A stretch of DNA of 64,000 bases. It comes from Cyanophora paradoxa CCMP329. Lineage: Eukaryota; Plantae; Glaucophyta. Where the stretch lies: NCBI GenBank assembly GCA_004431415.1, contig QPMI01000260.1:1-64000 (forward strand), written 5' to 3'. Positions 1 to 11,065 of this stretch are shown here, one piece after another. The position numbers were made by a program, and so were the translations under genes. The stretch's first letter is position 1; every line of letters starts with the position of its first letter. The notes beneath the pieces were generated by a model. It was given only the letters and a program-made list of their open reading frames with translations, was not told the origin of the DNA and ran no database searches.

Positions 1-154
1 AACCCTAAACCCTAAACCCTAACCCTAACCCTAACCCTAACCCTAACCCTAACCCTAACCCTAACCCTAACCCTAACCCTAACCCTAACCCTAACCCTAA
101 CCCTAACCCTAACCCTAACCCTAACCCTAACCCTAACCCTAACCCTAACCCTAA
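1..154. repeat. Telomeric repeat array (CCCTAA)n, i.e. a TTAGGG-type chromosome end
   Basis: About 25 tandem CCCTAA units from base 1, with CCCTAAA variants at the extreme end. Degenerate units continue to about 313. Confidence 0.97.
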
Positions 155-252
155 GGGTTAGGGTTAGGTTAGGTTAGGGTTCGTCAAAACCGTACAGTTG
201 GCTTCGCCTTTCGTCAAAACCGTACAGTTTGCTTGGGACCTAACCCTAACCC
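155..252. repeat. Fold-back unit inside the telomere: telomere-like inverted repeats around a duplicated 20-bp core
   Basis: 155-169 GGGTTAGGGTTAGGT is the exact reverse complement of 238-252. TTCGTCAAAACCGTACAGTT occurs at 180 and 210. The core has a diverged inverted copy at 20411-20446. Confidence 0.8.
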
Positions 253-590
253 TTCTTCCTCACTGAGTCACCCCTAACCCTAAACCCACCCCTACCCTAA
301 CCCCTAAACTCTAATGTGCGTTGCATGTCCATTTAGGGGACTCTGCAGCGTTGCTATCCCTGTCACCTCAGTCCACAGACGTGTCTTTTGCTTCATCTCT
401 CTCTCTGGAGCGCTACTCCCCTTGCGGGCCTCAGGGGGCAACGGCCGGGCCGGCAACAGCGAGGGCGGCACCTTCCTATGCGTAGCCCAGACAGGCGTAG
501 TACACAGCTAGCTAGCTCTGTCTACGCTGAATGCACAAAGCAGCAGTGACATCCTTGCCTACATCACGTGTCTTTGTCAACGCAAATAAG

Positions 591-3500
591 TCATTGCATG
601 ACTTGTCCCCTGCTGCTTGAAGCTCTAGGGATTCCAGAAACGATGCCAGAAGTCGATTTTGGCTTGACAGTGCTGCTCCGTAGCATACTTGAGGATGCTG
701 GAAGGGAAGCAGACAGAGGCGCCCCAGCAGCTGCCATCAAGGCTGCAGGGATGGCCTGCTGCTGGCTGTCTTCTTGCAGCTTTGGATTCGTTTCCTGCAG
801 CCCGAAACTTCAGTTAGGAACGATGCAGAGAAAAACTCTCACAGCACATGTCAAGGAACGAACCAGAGAAATAGCTGATGCATTGCGGCGAGCGGGGCCA
901 AGCTCAACGCCACGGGCACGAGAGGCAAATGTCAGGCTGCATATACTCTCCGGGATGTTTGTGTGAACCGCACTGACTTGGACAAACATGAGCATTTTTG
1001 CTTCGCCACCTGCAGATGGCATCAACACAAAGAGCACAATGCCTATACCAGCCGGGGGAGAGTGGGAACCAAGGGAGTCTTGGAGCAGAAAGGTGAGCCG
1101 GGAGTTCCGGTATGGAATGTGCCCGTCCTTCTTTGCCAAGGCCGCAATCACATCACCAAGTGCTGACAAGGATCGATTGATGTGCTGGGCCTCCTGCAGG
1201 AATGTGGGGAGGTATTCGGGGGCTTCATGTAAATCAGCAAACCTTGAGGCGGTCGCCAACAGCTTCAGACTTATTCAGCCTCTCAGAGCCAGCAAGGTCC
1301 ACCAGGGAAAGCTTGGAGGTAGTCTGAACACCAGTCAGAGGATCCTTCCCACAAACGTGGACCTGCACGATGCTACACACGAATAAGAGATGCCCGCATG
1401 AAAAAGATCCACGAAAACACACCAGTGCGACCTGGACGAGCGATCGTTCATGGCAGTCGCAAATGTGGAGCGCCGGCGCTGGCCCTGGCGCATAAGTGCC
1501 TCAACGCTCTCTGCACATGCGACAGGAACCATGTGGAGCCCTTCAACATAGTTGCCAGAGGCTCCAGTGCGAATTTCAAGCCTGCGTTGCAAATAAGACA
1601 CGATTTCATTGTATGTGTGCACAGGCAATCACTTCTCATCTCGGTCAGTCAAGAGGTCATAAACCTGCTCGTTGTAGATCTCGAGCATGCCCATCTGAAT
1701 GCATACTTTAAGCAAACGCTAAGACAAGGGCACATGGCTCTCATACCTCAAAAGTGTACTCCTTGCCTTCTGCACTCCTCTCCTCAGCAATGTGGAACAA
1801 CTCATAGAGTGCCCGATAATTTACACCACGGTTCCCCATAGGCCCTTCCATTGTGTATGTTTTCCCACTTCCCGTTTGACCGTAGGCAAAGCTGCACAGA
1901 GCATGTCACACCAAGAAAGTCTCCCAAAACAAGACAGAACTCACATGCAAACGTTGTAGCCATCCATGACAGAGGTCATCAGTGGTTCTGCCTCCTCAAA
2001 CACTTCCTCTGGAGACGAACGATTTAATAGGCGAGGGAGAAACTTGTTTGTTTTAAGGTTGAGATCTTAATGGGTACCTTGGGAAATGCCCGGACGAAAC
2101 ACACGATCGAATTCAAACATGGATGTCCGCCCATTTCCAGGGTTGTGAATACACACCTGTGTCTCTCTTTTAAACTTCAATGGTGCAGAGAAGTATATTG
2201 TGTGAACCTCGTCTTCATCAGGGAACGTCACACAAGGAATGCCCTTGGTGGCTTCAAGACCAGTGGCTGGCCGAACTCGGCAGAAAACACGAATGTTTCC
2301 TGCCACAGAGTTAGGAACTTCTGCTACCCATTTCGGAAAGCAGAAAAAACAACACACCTCTCAACTCCTGCAGCTTGTTGTGTAACTTCTTCCGCTCAGT
2401 ACTCTCCTTCTTATACCGCTCATAGAATTCGACTCTGCAGCCTTCCTCAGGTCATGCCTCGCATCACTGAGGCATAGTTTGCACCTCTGCGACTTCTCTT
2501 GCTCGTACTGTGCCCGAAGAGAAATCACTTGCTTCTGTAGCTCTGAGATCCGGCTCCCTGACACATCAATTAGGATGCACTTCCATAATAAGGTAAACTG
2601 AGTGATGAACCTTCATCGGTGAGGGACCTGTTCACCACAGCGACAAATGGACTCAAAGCAGATTTCAGCCGTGTGCAAACCTGCTACTGTTCAGAAAAGA
2701 AGCCTGGAAATAATTTCATTCCTTACCTGCTCCGAGAAGAATGCTGGTGCTTGTGCTGCCTCCCTTCGGAGCTCCTCATGGCGCTCCCGCAGACGCTTTT
2801 TAGAGAAGGTCAGATCGGGTAAAGAGCATGGAGTGCAATGGAGATACCTGGCAAGCAAGCTGCACCCCAACCAATGCCGGTGTCAGTTCATTGGAGTGAG
2901 CCTCAGCAGTGACTGCTCGGTTCTCTGCTGCAGCTGCTCGAGCCTCTGCCCGGCGCCGCTCCTCAACAGCTGTTGCAAGACGCAATGCAAGATCCTGCCG
3001 CTCCTGAGCAATTGCTGCAGCCGATGCAAGTGCCTCCTGGTTGGCTGCCAATGCCTGTTTTGCACGTTCCACATCCAGTGTCGCATCCTCCCGGGCCCTC
3101 TCTGCCGTTGCGACCCTCGCCTCCAAAGAAACATGCTTGGCCCGCAGCTCATCACGCTCCTGTTCAGCCGCAGCCGCCCGGGCCTGGGCCCGATCAATTG
3201 CCATGCGCTGCTCCGTCAGCATGCACTCTGCATCCGCCGCCATCCGGCGAGCGCCATCGCGTTCCGATTCGGTTCGCGCGCGCTCTGCCTGAATCTCTAC
3301 TCGGAGAGCCGCCAGTGTTGCCTCGAGGGTCTCGCGAGCGGCTTCCACCGCCGCGAGCCTCTGCGTCTTCTCGGAGAGCTCTGCCAGCAGTGCCCTTGCC
3401 GTCTCCTCGGCGGTCTCTTTGTCCACCGAGGCCCGCTGGAGCTTGCCCTTGAGCGTCGCCGTTTCGGCCCGAAGCTCATCCGCAACTCGCACTGAGTCGC

Positions 3501-4496
3501 GCTCCAGCCGGGCGACCCTCTGGCGCTCCACAGCCAACGCCTGTCGGGCGATATCTGTTTCGGCCCGAGCAGTCGCCGCGGCAGTCTTCTCTGATGTGAG
3601 CTGCTCACGCGTCGGTCAGAGGGGCGAATCAGAAAAGCGGAGCGACGGACCTCAGAGCGCAGGGCCGAGACCACTGCCGAAGCCGCTTCTCGCTCGCGCT
3701 CAGCGCGATCGGCGCGGCTCCGCTCTACCGCTGCTACGCGAGCGAGGTCGGATACTTCGCCTCGCTCGACCTCTCGCTCTGCCTCAAAAGCTTCTCCGCG
3801 CGCACGTTCGCGCTGGAAGCGCTCCTCCAGAACAGCTGCGCGCTCCTCTGCCGCAGCGAGGGCCTCACGCGCGGAAGCCTCCGCCGCGTGGACCCGCTCC
3901 TCCGCGGCCAGCACCGCCGAACGACACCGGGCGCGAGCGCAGGCCTCCTGGCGGTGTCTCAACCGCTTGTAGAACGCCACTTGGCGCGTCGCGTGCTGTT
4001 TGCTGGCCGCTAGCTGGGTCTGGAGCTCCTGGTTCTGGCGGATTTCGTGCTCCATCTCCTGCTTGAGGCGCCGCGCCACTTGGTTCGACTTCTCCAGCGC
4101 ACCGCTGAGGTACACCACGTGCTCACAGACCTTCTCCGCAAGCTCCTTCGTGCTGCTCGACGAGAAGGCGTCCTGCAGGTTGAAGGTGGGGAGCTGCATG
4201 CCGTCATCCTGCGCGCCGTAGGGCGGCAGCGTTGGAAAAGCACTTGCGGAGCACGAGCTTAACTGTGCAGCTCGCCGGACCTGGAACGCCGCCCGGTTGT
4301 GGGCGCCCAGAACGGCGGTCTCTCTGGGGGGCGCGTCGGGGGATCGTACGCCCTTCTCCAAGTCCGAGATACGCCGGAGGCTCCTCGCTTGCCCGGCGCC
4401 CACTGCGCCGGGCGAGTTCTCCTTTCCCTCCTGCGGTTTATGGCTGTTATTCAAACTGCCGGTGCACAGAGGCGTAGCGACCACGCTGAAAGTCAT
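591..4496 (-). CDS. Kinesin-14 (C-terminal motor, KIFC/KCBP-like) with long N-terminal coiled coil, multi-exon
   Basis: Motifs GNIRVFCRVRP, FEFDRVF, FAYGQTGSGKTYTMEG, NDRSSRSH, LVDLAGSER, INRSLSALGDVI, HIPYRNSRLT and SLTFASRARGVELG. Predicted stop TGA at 593-591; start approximate. Confidence 0.92.
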
Positions 4497-4645
4497 CTGC
4501 ACGGCACGGCCGGCAATGCGGCGCGGCTATGGCAGGCGTCGCTGCGCGTGGGCGCACCATTCGGCTCACAACGGCTCCGTTTGTGAGCTGTACCCCAAGC
4601 AAAAAAAGCATAGAAGCTAGCTAGCGCTATAGCTATATAGCTATA

Positions 4646-4840
4646 GGCCGAAATTCGATCCAGCTGGTTCTAGTTTTTTAGCAATAGGACACGAAATTTG
4701 GGCTCGTGCCTAGGATTACAATTCACCGCTGGTGCTGTTTTCTCTTTCAGCTTCGTTTCAAATATACGTACTATTACGTAGGGTGTTTCTTCGTCGACTG
4801 TCTCATGATGAAATCTGCTAGTCATGATCAAAAAGCTAGC
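4646..4840 (+). repeat. 195-bp exact copy of 12416-12610 (H2A.X-GOGAT intergenic region)
   Basis: Base-by-base identity from GGCCGAAATTCGATCC to AAAAGCTAGC. Confidence 0.95.
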
Positions 4841-4852
4841 TCAAAGGGAGCA

Positions 4853-4938
4853 TAGAAGCCGGCGTAGTACCACGCCAGCATGCATCGCAAGAATGCCTCC
4901 TGTTGGCCGCGCGCCGCTTCCGCAGCTCCAAACACGTC
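4853..4938 (-). pseudogene. 86-bp copy of an SMN exon fragment (YG-box, MLAWYYAGF), inverted relative to the gene
   Basis: Reverse complement of 35796-35881 with 2 mismatches. Confidence 0.92.
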
Positions 4939-4944
4939 AGCTGC

Positions 4945-5154
4945 ACGGGCCTCTGCTTGACGTAACTTCTAGCATTTGGTCACATACTGAAATTGCAAGT
5001 CCGGGCTACAAGTGTGGGATGTACACTCAGTGACTGCGGCCGCCGCAGCCGCGGGCCCAGCCCACCAGCGAGTGTGGCCAGCCGGGCCCTGGGTGGCCCT
5101 CCAAGGAGAGTAAGGCCATGCAAAATTGGACTGGGAAAACAGAAAGGTATAGGT
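4945..5154 (-). repeat. 210-bp inverted copy of 33518-33727 (region downstream of SERF, including a dispersed repeat R1 copy)
   Basis: Reverse-complement identity along the full 210 bp. Confidence 0.93.
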
Positions 5155-5600
5155 AGAGCTACGATTACGACCCAGAACCCCGCAACCAGAATTACGATAG
5201 GCCTTGAATTACGACCCAGAATTACGATAGGCCTTGGCTAGAGCTACGTATATACGATTACGACCGATTGCGATTACGATCGGAATCAGGGTTGCGATTA
5301 CGATCGGAATCAGGGTTGCGATTACGATCGGAATCAGAGTTACTAAGTTACTAAGTTAACGTTAACGTTGCGATTACGACGTCCAACTTTCGTCCAACTT
5401 TCGTCCAACTTTCGTCCAATCCGCTACGGCACGGGCGTGGACGCGAAGCGCCTGCTCGGCTCGTAGCTAGGCTCGGCTCCCATCCCCTTTTTTCCATCAG
5501 GGCACCAGTCCCTGCGGGTTACGCTCTATCCCTAACAGCACGGGTACAGTTAAAGCGCTGTAGGTAGGAGGTCCGGCGCGCCCGTAGCGTAGAAAGAGCA
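5128..5600 (+). mobile_element. Non-autonomous internal-deletion derivative ('ghost') of the Fanzor2 element at 47766-49319
   Basis: 5128-5419 matches the reverse complement of 49003-49319, apart from an 8-bp insertion and fewer 11-mer repeats. 5419-5600 is identical to the reverse complement of 47766-47947 (last codons, stop and 134 nt downstream). Confidence 0.92.
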
Positions 5601-5620
5601 GCTTTTTGAGCTTTCAGAAT
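5467..5620 (+). ncRNA. Putative Fanzor omegaRNA scaffold (copy 2); predicted guide from the flank GCTTTTTGAGCTTTCAGAAT
   Basis: Lies directly 3' of the Fanzor stop-codon remnant. Identical to copy 1 up to the sharp end ...TAGAAAGAGCA. Stems include CAGGG/CCCTG, TACGCT/AGCGTA and ACGGG/CCCGT. Confidence 0.6.
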
Positions 5621-5769
5621 TGAGCAGCAGCTGCTCTCGAGGCGATGCCTTCCCTCCTCGAGATGTGCGTGTACGTGAATGAGTGGTGCGCTTGCGCCAT
5701 CTTGCTGGACGCGACGCACCCCCTGCGCGCTTCCGTGCCAGCCGCGCCAGCAAGTCTCGGTGATTCTTC

Positions 5770-6221
5770 GCAACCGCAAGCGCAAGCGGTGAGAAACCGC
5801 ATCCGCAAGTGTGCGCAACCGCAAGTGTGTGCGCAGCTCAGTGGCCGGCCGCGGGCGCGCTGGCGGCGCGCACGTGTACACGGCCCCGGCCGCGGCGCCG
5901 GCGCCCGCTGCGGCTGGGGCGCAGCTGCAACCGCAAGTGCGTGCAACCGCAAGTGTGTGCGCAGCTCAGCCGCCGGCTGCGGGCGCGAGGCTGGCGGCGC
6001 GCACATGTACACGGCCGCGTCGCCGGCGCCGGCTGCGGCTGCGGCACAGGCGCCAGCGCCCGGCGGCCGCTCCGCGCCCCGTAGCAGCTGGGCAGGGCGC
6101 CCAGCCGCAGCTAATTCACGTGAAATCGTTATCGTAATCGCAGGTGGTCACAGGCGCCAGCGCCGCTCCGCGCCCCGTAGCAGCTGGGCAGGGCGCCCCG
6201 CCGCAGCTAATTCACGTGAAA
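5770..6221. repeat. GC-rich degenerate tandem duplications (AACCGCAAG-rich units of about 125 bp; a block of about 75 bp ending GCTAATTCACGTGAAAT twice)
   Basis: Visible duplicated blocks, e.g. at about 5815/5945 and 6046/6149. Confidence 0.75.
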
Positions 6222-6969
6222 TGCAGCAGTAGCAGCAACATCAACAACAACAGCAACAACAACAAAAACAACAGCATCATCATCAGCAAAAGCAACAGCA
6301 GCAGCAGCAGCAGGAGCAGCAGCAGCAACAGCAGCAGCAGCAAATGCAGCAGATGCAGCAGCAAATTCAGCAGCAAATGCAGCAGGCTCAGCAACAGATG
6401 CATCAGCAAATGCAGCAGATGCAGCAGCAAATGCAGCAGATGCAGCAGCAAATGCAGCAGACGCAGCTGCAGACGCAGCAGCAGGTGGAGCAGGTGCAGC
6501 AGGTGCAGCAGGTGCAGTAGACACAATTTTTGATATCTCAGAATATGGCCATTTGATGGGAAACTTCAAAGGGGTGCTAATAAAATCCGACCGCCTGTAC
6601 AACCTGTCCTGTGTGAGTATTGTTCGTGTTTGCTATTCACACTGTAGCTGTCTTCGGCAAATGGTGGCACATACCAATTGCTACGTGTCTGTGCAGGGCA
6701 ATGGTGGCACGTTCCAGATGCTCCCAATTGGCAATTTGAACCTCGATCATCTTCCTGTCGACATCACGTCCCATGCCACCATTATCGCCCTCCCGCCTGC
6801 ACAGCTTCAAGAACTCGTCGATTTCTTCGGTCTTCGTCATGCTGGTGAGCAGCAACTGAATGAAGAGGAGAGCGCGCCGTATTTGCCAGCACATCGGCCT
6901 GCGGGTGTAATGCACTGCGGCAGTGTCTTTGCTCTTGGACTTCGGCTTCAATTGGCTTCGAACTTCTAG
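6221..6969 (+). pseudogene. Degenerate Gln/Met-rich coiled-coil ORF followed by a small domain (…LPPAQLQELVDFFGL…)
   Basis: A CAG/CAA/ATG tract reads QQQMQQMQQ on the + strand but has in-frame TAGs at about 6230 and 6518. The downstream ORF weakly resembles Mug135-like C-terminal domains. Confidence 0.3.
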
Positions 6970-7540
6970 ATCTTAGCCAGCCTTTTCTGTGTTCTATCCT
7001 CTTGAAAGGGTTCATGATGAACCTTCAAGGCCCATAAGGGGGGCCGCAGCTGAGATTGTGCTCCGAGCGCCACGTTGGATCATGTCGGTTGGATCCGGTG
7101 TTCAGGAGATTGATGGCACATTTAGCAGGAGGTTTCCATCAAGCTCGTTTATGGTTGGAGGTAGGCCAAAGTTGGACTTTAGATCCCGTTTTTTATTAAG
7201 ATTTGAGATAACGAAAGTTAGTGTTGCAATTTGTCACAGGTCCTCATGTCACAGGCCTAGGCTGACTCCATGTTGGGTTCCCAGAGCCTGTAGCTATATC
7301 ATAGTATATATATATATATAGGGGCTCCCACCACCTCACTGGCACCAGCGCTAGCCCAAGCTTTTTAGGCGGCCCTGGCCATGGCCCTGCCACCCCGCGC
7401 GCAGCCAAGACTGCTGCAGTGTATACATTAGCACCAGCGCTAGCCCAAGGCGACCCTGGCCATGCATATGGTCCTGCCACCGGTACCCCGCGCGCAGCCA
7501 AGACCGCTCGGCCGGCGGGCGCCCGGGCCGAGCGTGAGCT

Positions 7541-7686
7541 TGGTGGGCTAGCGCTGGGCCCGCGGCGCCGGCTACGGCGGCCGCAGTGTACATTCCCACA
7601 CTTGTAGCCCGGACCTGCGTCTTAAGTATGTGTCCAAATGCGTGTATACATTCCACGGTTTGAATTCGTGTACATGTCCAAATGCT
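7541..7686 (+). repeat. Dispersed repeat R1 (partial copy), preceded by a local duplication of about 90 bp at 7341-7505
   Basis: Contains GGTGGGCT…GGGCCCGCGG…GTACAT(T)CCCACACTTGTAGCCCGGAC…GTCCAAATGC, shared with the 9100, 20888, 33541 and 4971 copies. Confidence 0.85.
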
Positions 7687-7834
7687 ATGGGCGGCAATGC
7701 GATGAAAGCGGGGCAGACCCGGGCTGCCGCCACGCTCCCGCCCCCGCCCCCGCCCCCGCCCCCAGCACAATGTGAGAGCAATGCATGCAAACTACGTGTC
7801 CAATGCAAGCCGACGTGGAGGCGATCTAGCTCGA

Positions 7835-8503
7835 TCAGAACGTTGCTGCGTTTGCCTTGACCTGGTTTAGATGTTAGAACGCGGTAATTGCGAATCTGCG
7901 AGTGCGGCCTCGTTACCTCTTCGCAAGCAGCATCAAATTCCTCCTGGTACTCAGAAGCAAGCTTAGTGGGCAAGAATATGCAGCTTGTGGGCCGCTTTGT
8001 CCCGCCAGCGGTTCCGAGTTCCTCCCGCGAGGGGACGTATATATAAGGGATGTCGCTCTCCTCACACAAGATCGGAATGTGCGTGATGACATCGATTGGG
8101 CTGATATCACCAGCGATGATGCAGAGACTGCGATCGATCAATACGTTAGGTCAACGAACTGGGTTGCACTGCGTCCAGGCGCGCTCTCCCTGCGCACCCC
8201 TTCTCCTTTTTCCTGATCGCCTTGACGACCTCCTACGTGCGGCGATAGAGGTAAGCGGCAGGCCCGGGAGATCGAGAAATCCAGACAGACCTTCACGCCT
8301 CGACGCAGACCCTTGGACTTCGCTGCGCGCTTGCTGCGCGGATGTAAGCGCAACTACAGGCACTCATCCAAAACGAAGGCACGTGCGATGCGCCCCACGG
8401 ACCATAGCTTCAGCAGCCGCTTGGTTGTCTTCTTCCCGGCGAGCGGGTTCGCGATCACTGACACGGGGCGCGTCACGGTTTCTGTCTCTGCCTCTTCGGA
8501 CAT
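7835..8503 (-). CDS. NHP2: H/ACA snoRNP subunit NHP2 (L7Ae family)
   Basis: Motifs IANPLAGKKTTKRLLKL, RRGVKEVVK and LCIIAGDISPIDVITHIPILCEESDIPYIYVPSREELGTAGGTKRPTSC; several short introns. Confidence 0.93.
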
Positions 8504-9099
8504 CTTTGCGATATCTAGCTCACAGCGAGACGCTGGCTGCGCTTAGCTAGAGTTCGGGGCCAGTTACCGTCGTACGTATACCCCCCCGATGGACCGACCG
8601 TCACCGACGGTTCACCCGTTCACCCGCGTCGGGCCCGCGGCCGCGGCCGGTGGCCCAATATTAATGGCAATTGCAAGCTTAACTTAGTAGTAATTAAAGC
8701 CCCTCCACCGGCACATGACCCGTCAAATTGAAGCCCTCACACTCAGTGACTGATCTGATCATGATCATGACGTTAATTAAAGCCACATGCACCGGGCTGT
8801 CCTGCCAGGCTGTTCAGGCGCCACTGCCAGGCTGGCCACATTCTAGATCTTTTCGAAAGTGTGTGCCAGGCCGCGTATACTTATACTTAGAGGCTGAGTA
8901 CTAGCTAGCGCTAGCTATAGTATACGTATATACGTATGCGGCCGGCGCCGGCGCCTGTAGCTATAGCTATAGCTATAGCTATAGCTATATATATAGCTAT
9001 ATAGCTATATATAGGTCGGACGTCTCTGATTGCGCAGGGGAGGCGCATTGTGGCCACCCCCACCCCTGCGCATGCACCCTGCACTTGTGGGCATCGGGA

Positions 9100-9354
9100 G
9101 TCCAAATTTGCATGGCCTTACTCTCCTTGTCATTTGGCGATATTATTGCATGAATTGTTTTGAGACGACCTCCGGATCCGGGCCCCACTGCCAAGAGGCG
9201 CGGGGGAGGAGCATTACTCCCCTTAAGCTTAGGGGGTCACGCAGGGCCCCGCTGCCCAGCTTGCTGGTGGGCTGGGCCCGCGGCGACGGCGGCTGCAGTA
9301 CATCCCACACTTGTAGTACATCCGCAGTGCGTTTTTAATACGTGTCCAAATGCT
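9100..9354 (+). repeat. Dispersed repeat R1 (long copy)
   Basis: Closely similar to 20888-21100; its 5' and 3' parts are shared with 33541-33701. Confidence 0.88.
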
Positions 9355-9419
9355 TGGCGTTTTCAATGAAACACGAGGAAGACTAGGTGCACAGGACAGA
9401 TTGCCTTCCTCCAGCAGCA

Positions 9420-11065
9420 TCATGCAGTGCCAGATTTACCAGCCTCCTTCATTGCACTTTCCCGCAGGTACTGGAATGCCCCAACAAGGGCACCAAGCTG
9501 CAGGCGTTCTGAAGCACCAACAGCTAGATTTGCTCTGGCCACCATGCTCAGAATAAGAACGCAAGCAATTAGAAAAAAGATAGCTTACTCCACTGTTGCA
9601 AGCCTTGGAAGAAGGTCAATGATGTCCCCAGGAGGCAGCTGTGAAGACTTTTCAAAACAGATGTAAATCTGGACATGTGCTTTCCGAACCTGGAGCTTGT
9701 TTATGAGATCAAAGATGTCTCTAACGATGTCAGCAAGAGCTAAGCCCTTCAAAGACTTGAGCTCTTGAACGCCTGAGAGACCATCAGCTCAGCAAGTCTA
9801 GCTGTCAAATAGTACGGTGAGATGCATACCATCTTGCGCTTCCTGGAAGGGTGTGTTGAGAAGCAGGTACCCCATCGACTCGATATCCTGTCATCCAATC
9901 AGTCAGGTTTCCTCCCGCAGAAGTTCTTGGAACGGACGTGCTTGACTCACTTTTGGCAAAGGATTCCCTGTACAGAGATACACATTCTCGCTGTTGACTA
10001 TTCCACTCGCCATGTAGGTGCTCTGCATGCAGCCTTCGGCCTTCCAAGGCGGAACTTCACGGCCAAACGACTCAAGCACCTGCAAATTGTTGAGAATTCT
10101 TCGCATGTCTCCGCATCCCAGCTTGATGAGTGCCTCACGGCCATCTTCTGTGACCTCAATCCTGTCCACATCAATGTGTTTCATTAAAAAATCGCTTTCG
10201 TGCCGAGAGAGCATTCATGCGAACTTTTCCTGCTTGACGATGTGTTCCAGTCGAATTTGAATCTGCTCATCGCTGAGAGGCTGGAACCGAAACCTCATGC
10301 AACGTGATTGCAGTGCAGGAATGATCTTGTTGACGTAGTTGCATATTAAGCAGAAGCGGACATTCCGAGTGTACTTCTCGATAACTGCACGAACAAGGAT
10401 TGGCAATTTCCGCAAAGCTGGGCGCTTTTGAAGCCAGCACCTCTCCTTAGTGCCCCCTGAGCAACACCGGTCATGGCATCTGCCTCGTCCAGTACAATGA
10501 GCTTGAACCCAGAACTGCGTGCAGGATCTTTTGTGTGTCAAGAAATAAAAACAATTCTCAGATTGCCTGAAGATGTTGCGCGTGCTGGCAAAGCTCTTTA
10601 TCTGCTCCCGCACGACATCTATGCCACGGTCGTCCGAGGCATTCAGCTCCAGGATCATCGACTGGTAGCGAGGCCCTGAGATTCGATTAGCGCTGCATGA
10701 GTGAAGCGTAGCGCGGAAAAGGGCGCGCACCGTAGATCTGCCGGGCCATCGCAAGTATGGTTGAGGTCTTGCCAGTTCCCGGTGGCCCATAGAACAGCAG
10801 GTGCGGCAGCCGATTCTCCTTTATGAGCTTCTGAACTGCAACACTGATTTGTAAGCCACGACGTACGACAGACGAGTGCACGAGCGCGCTGCGCACGCGT
10901 AGAGATGATGTCCTGGTGCGAAATGAGATCCGAGAGCGCCGATGGCCTGTACTTCTCGACGAAAGGCAGGCTAGAAGCGCCGTCGACCGAGACGGGCTCC
11001 TCGTTCGACTTCGAGGGTCCCGCCGAGGGCTGCGCGTCGACCTCCATCGGCTGCGCGTCCTCCAT
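9420..11065 (-). CDS. RFC5: Replication factor C small subunit (RFC5 / yeast Rfc3 type)
   Basis: Motifs [64 protein letters not shown] and GDMRRILN. Confidence 0.92.

Noticed and set aside
5160-5420. CRISPR-like appearance of short repeats next to a Cas12-related gene
   Set aside because: The units are tandem or overlapping with no unique spacers; these are subterminal minisatellites.
6144-6602. Poly-Ser, poly-Ala and poly-Leu ORFs
   Set aside because: These are alternative frames of a CAG-rich low-complexity tract.
8739-8754. Recurrent ACTCAGTGAC word (also at 5026, 19850, 24833) as a promoter element
   Set aside because: Two occurrences belong to repeat R1 and positions relative to genes are inconsistent; it may be a by-product of inverted micro-duplication.
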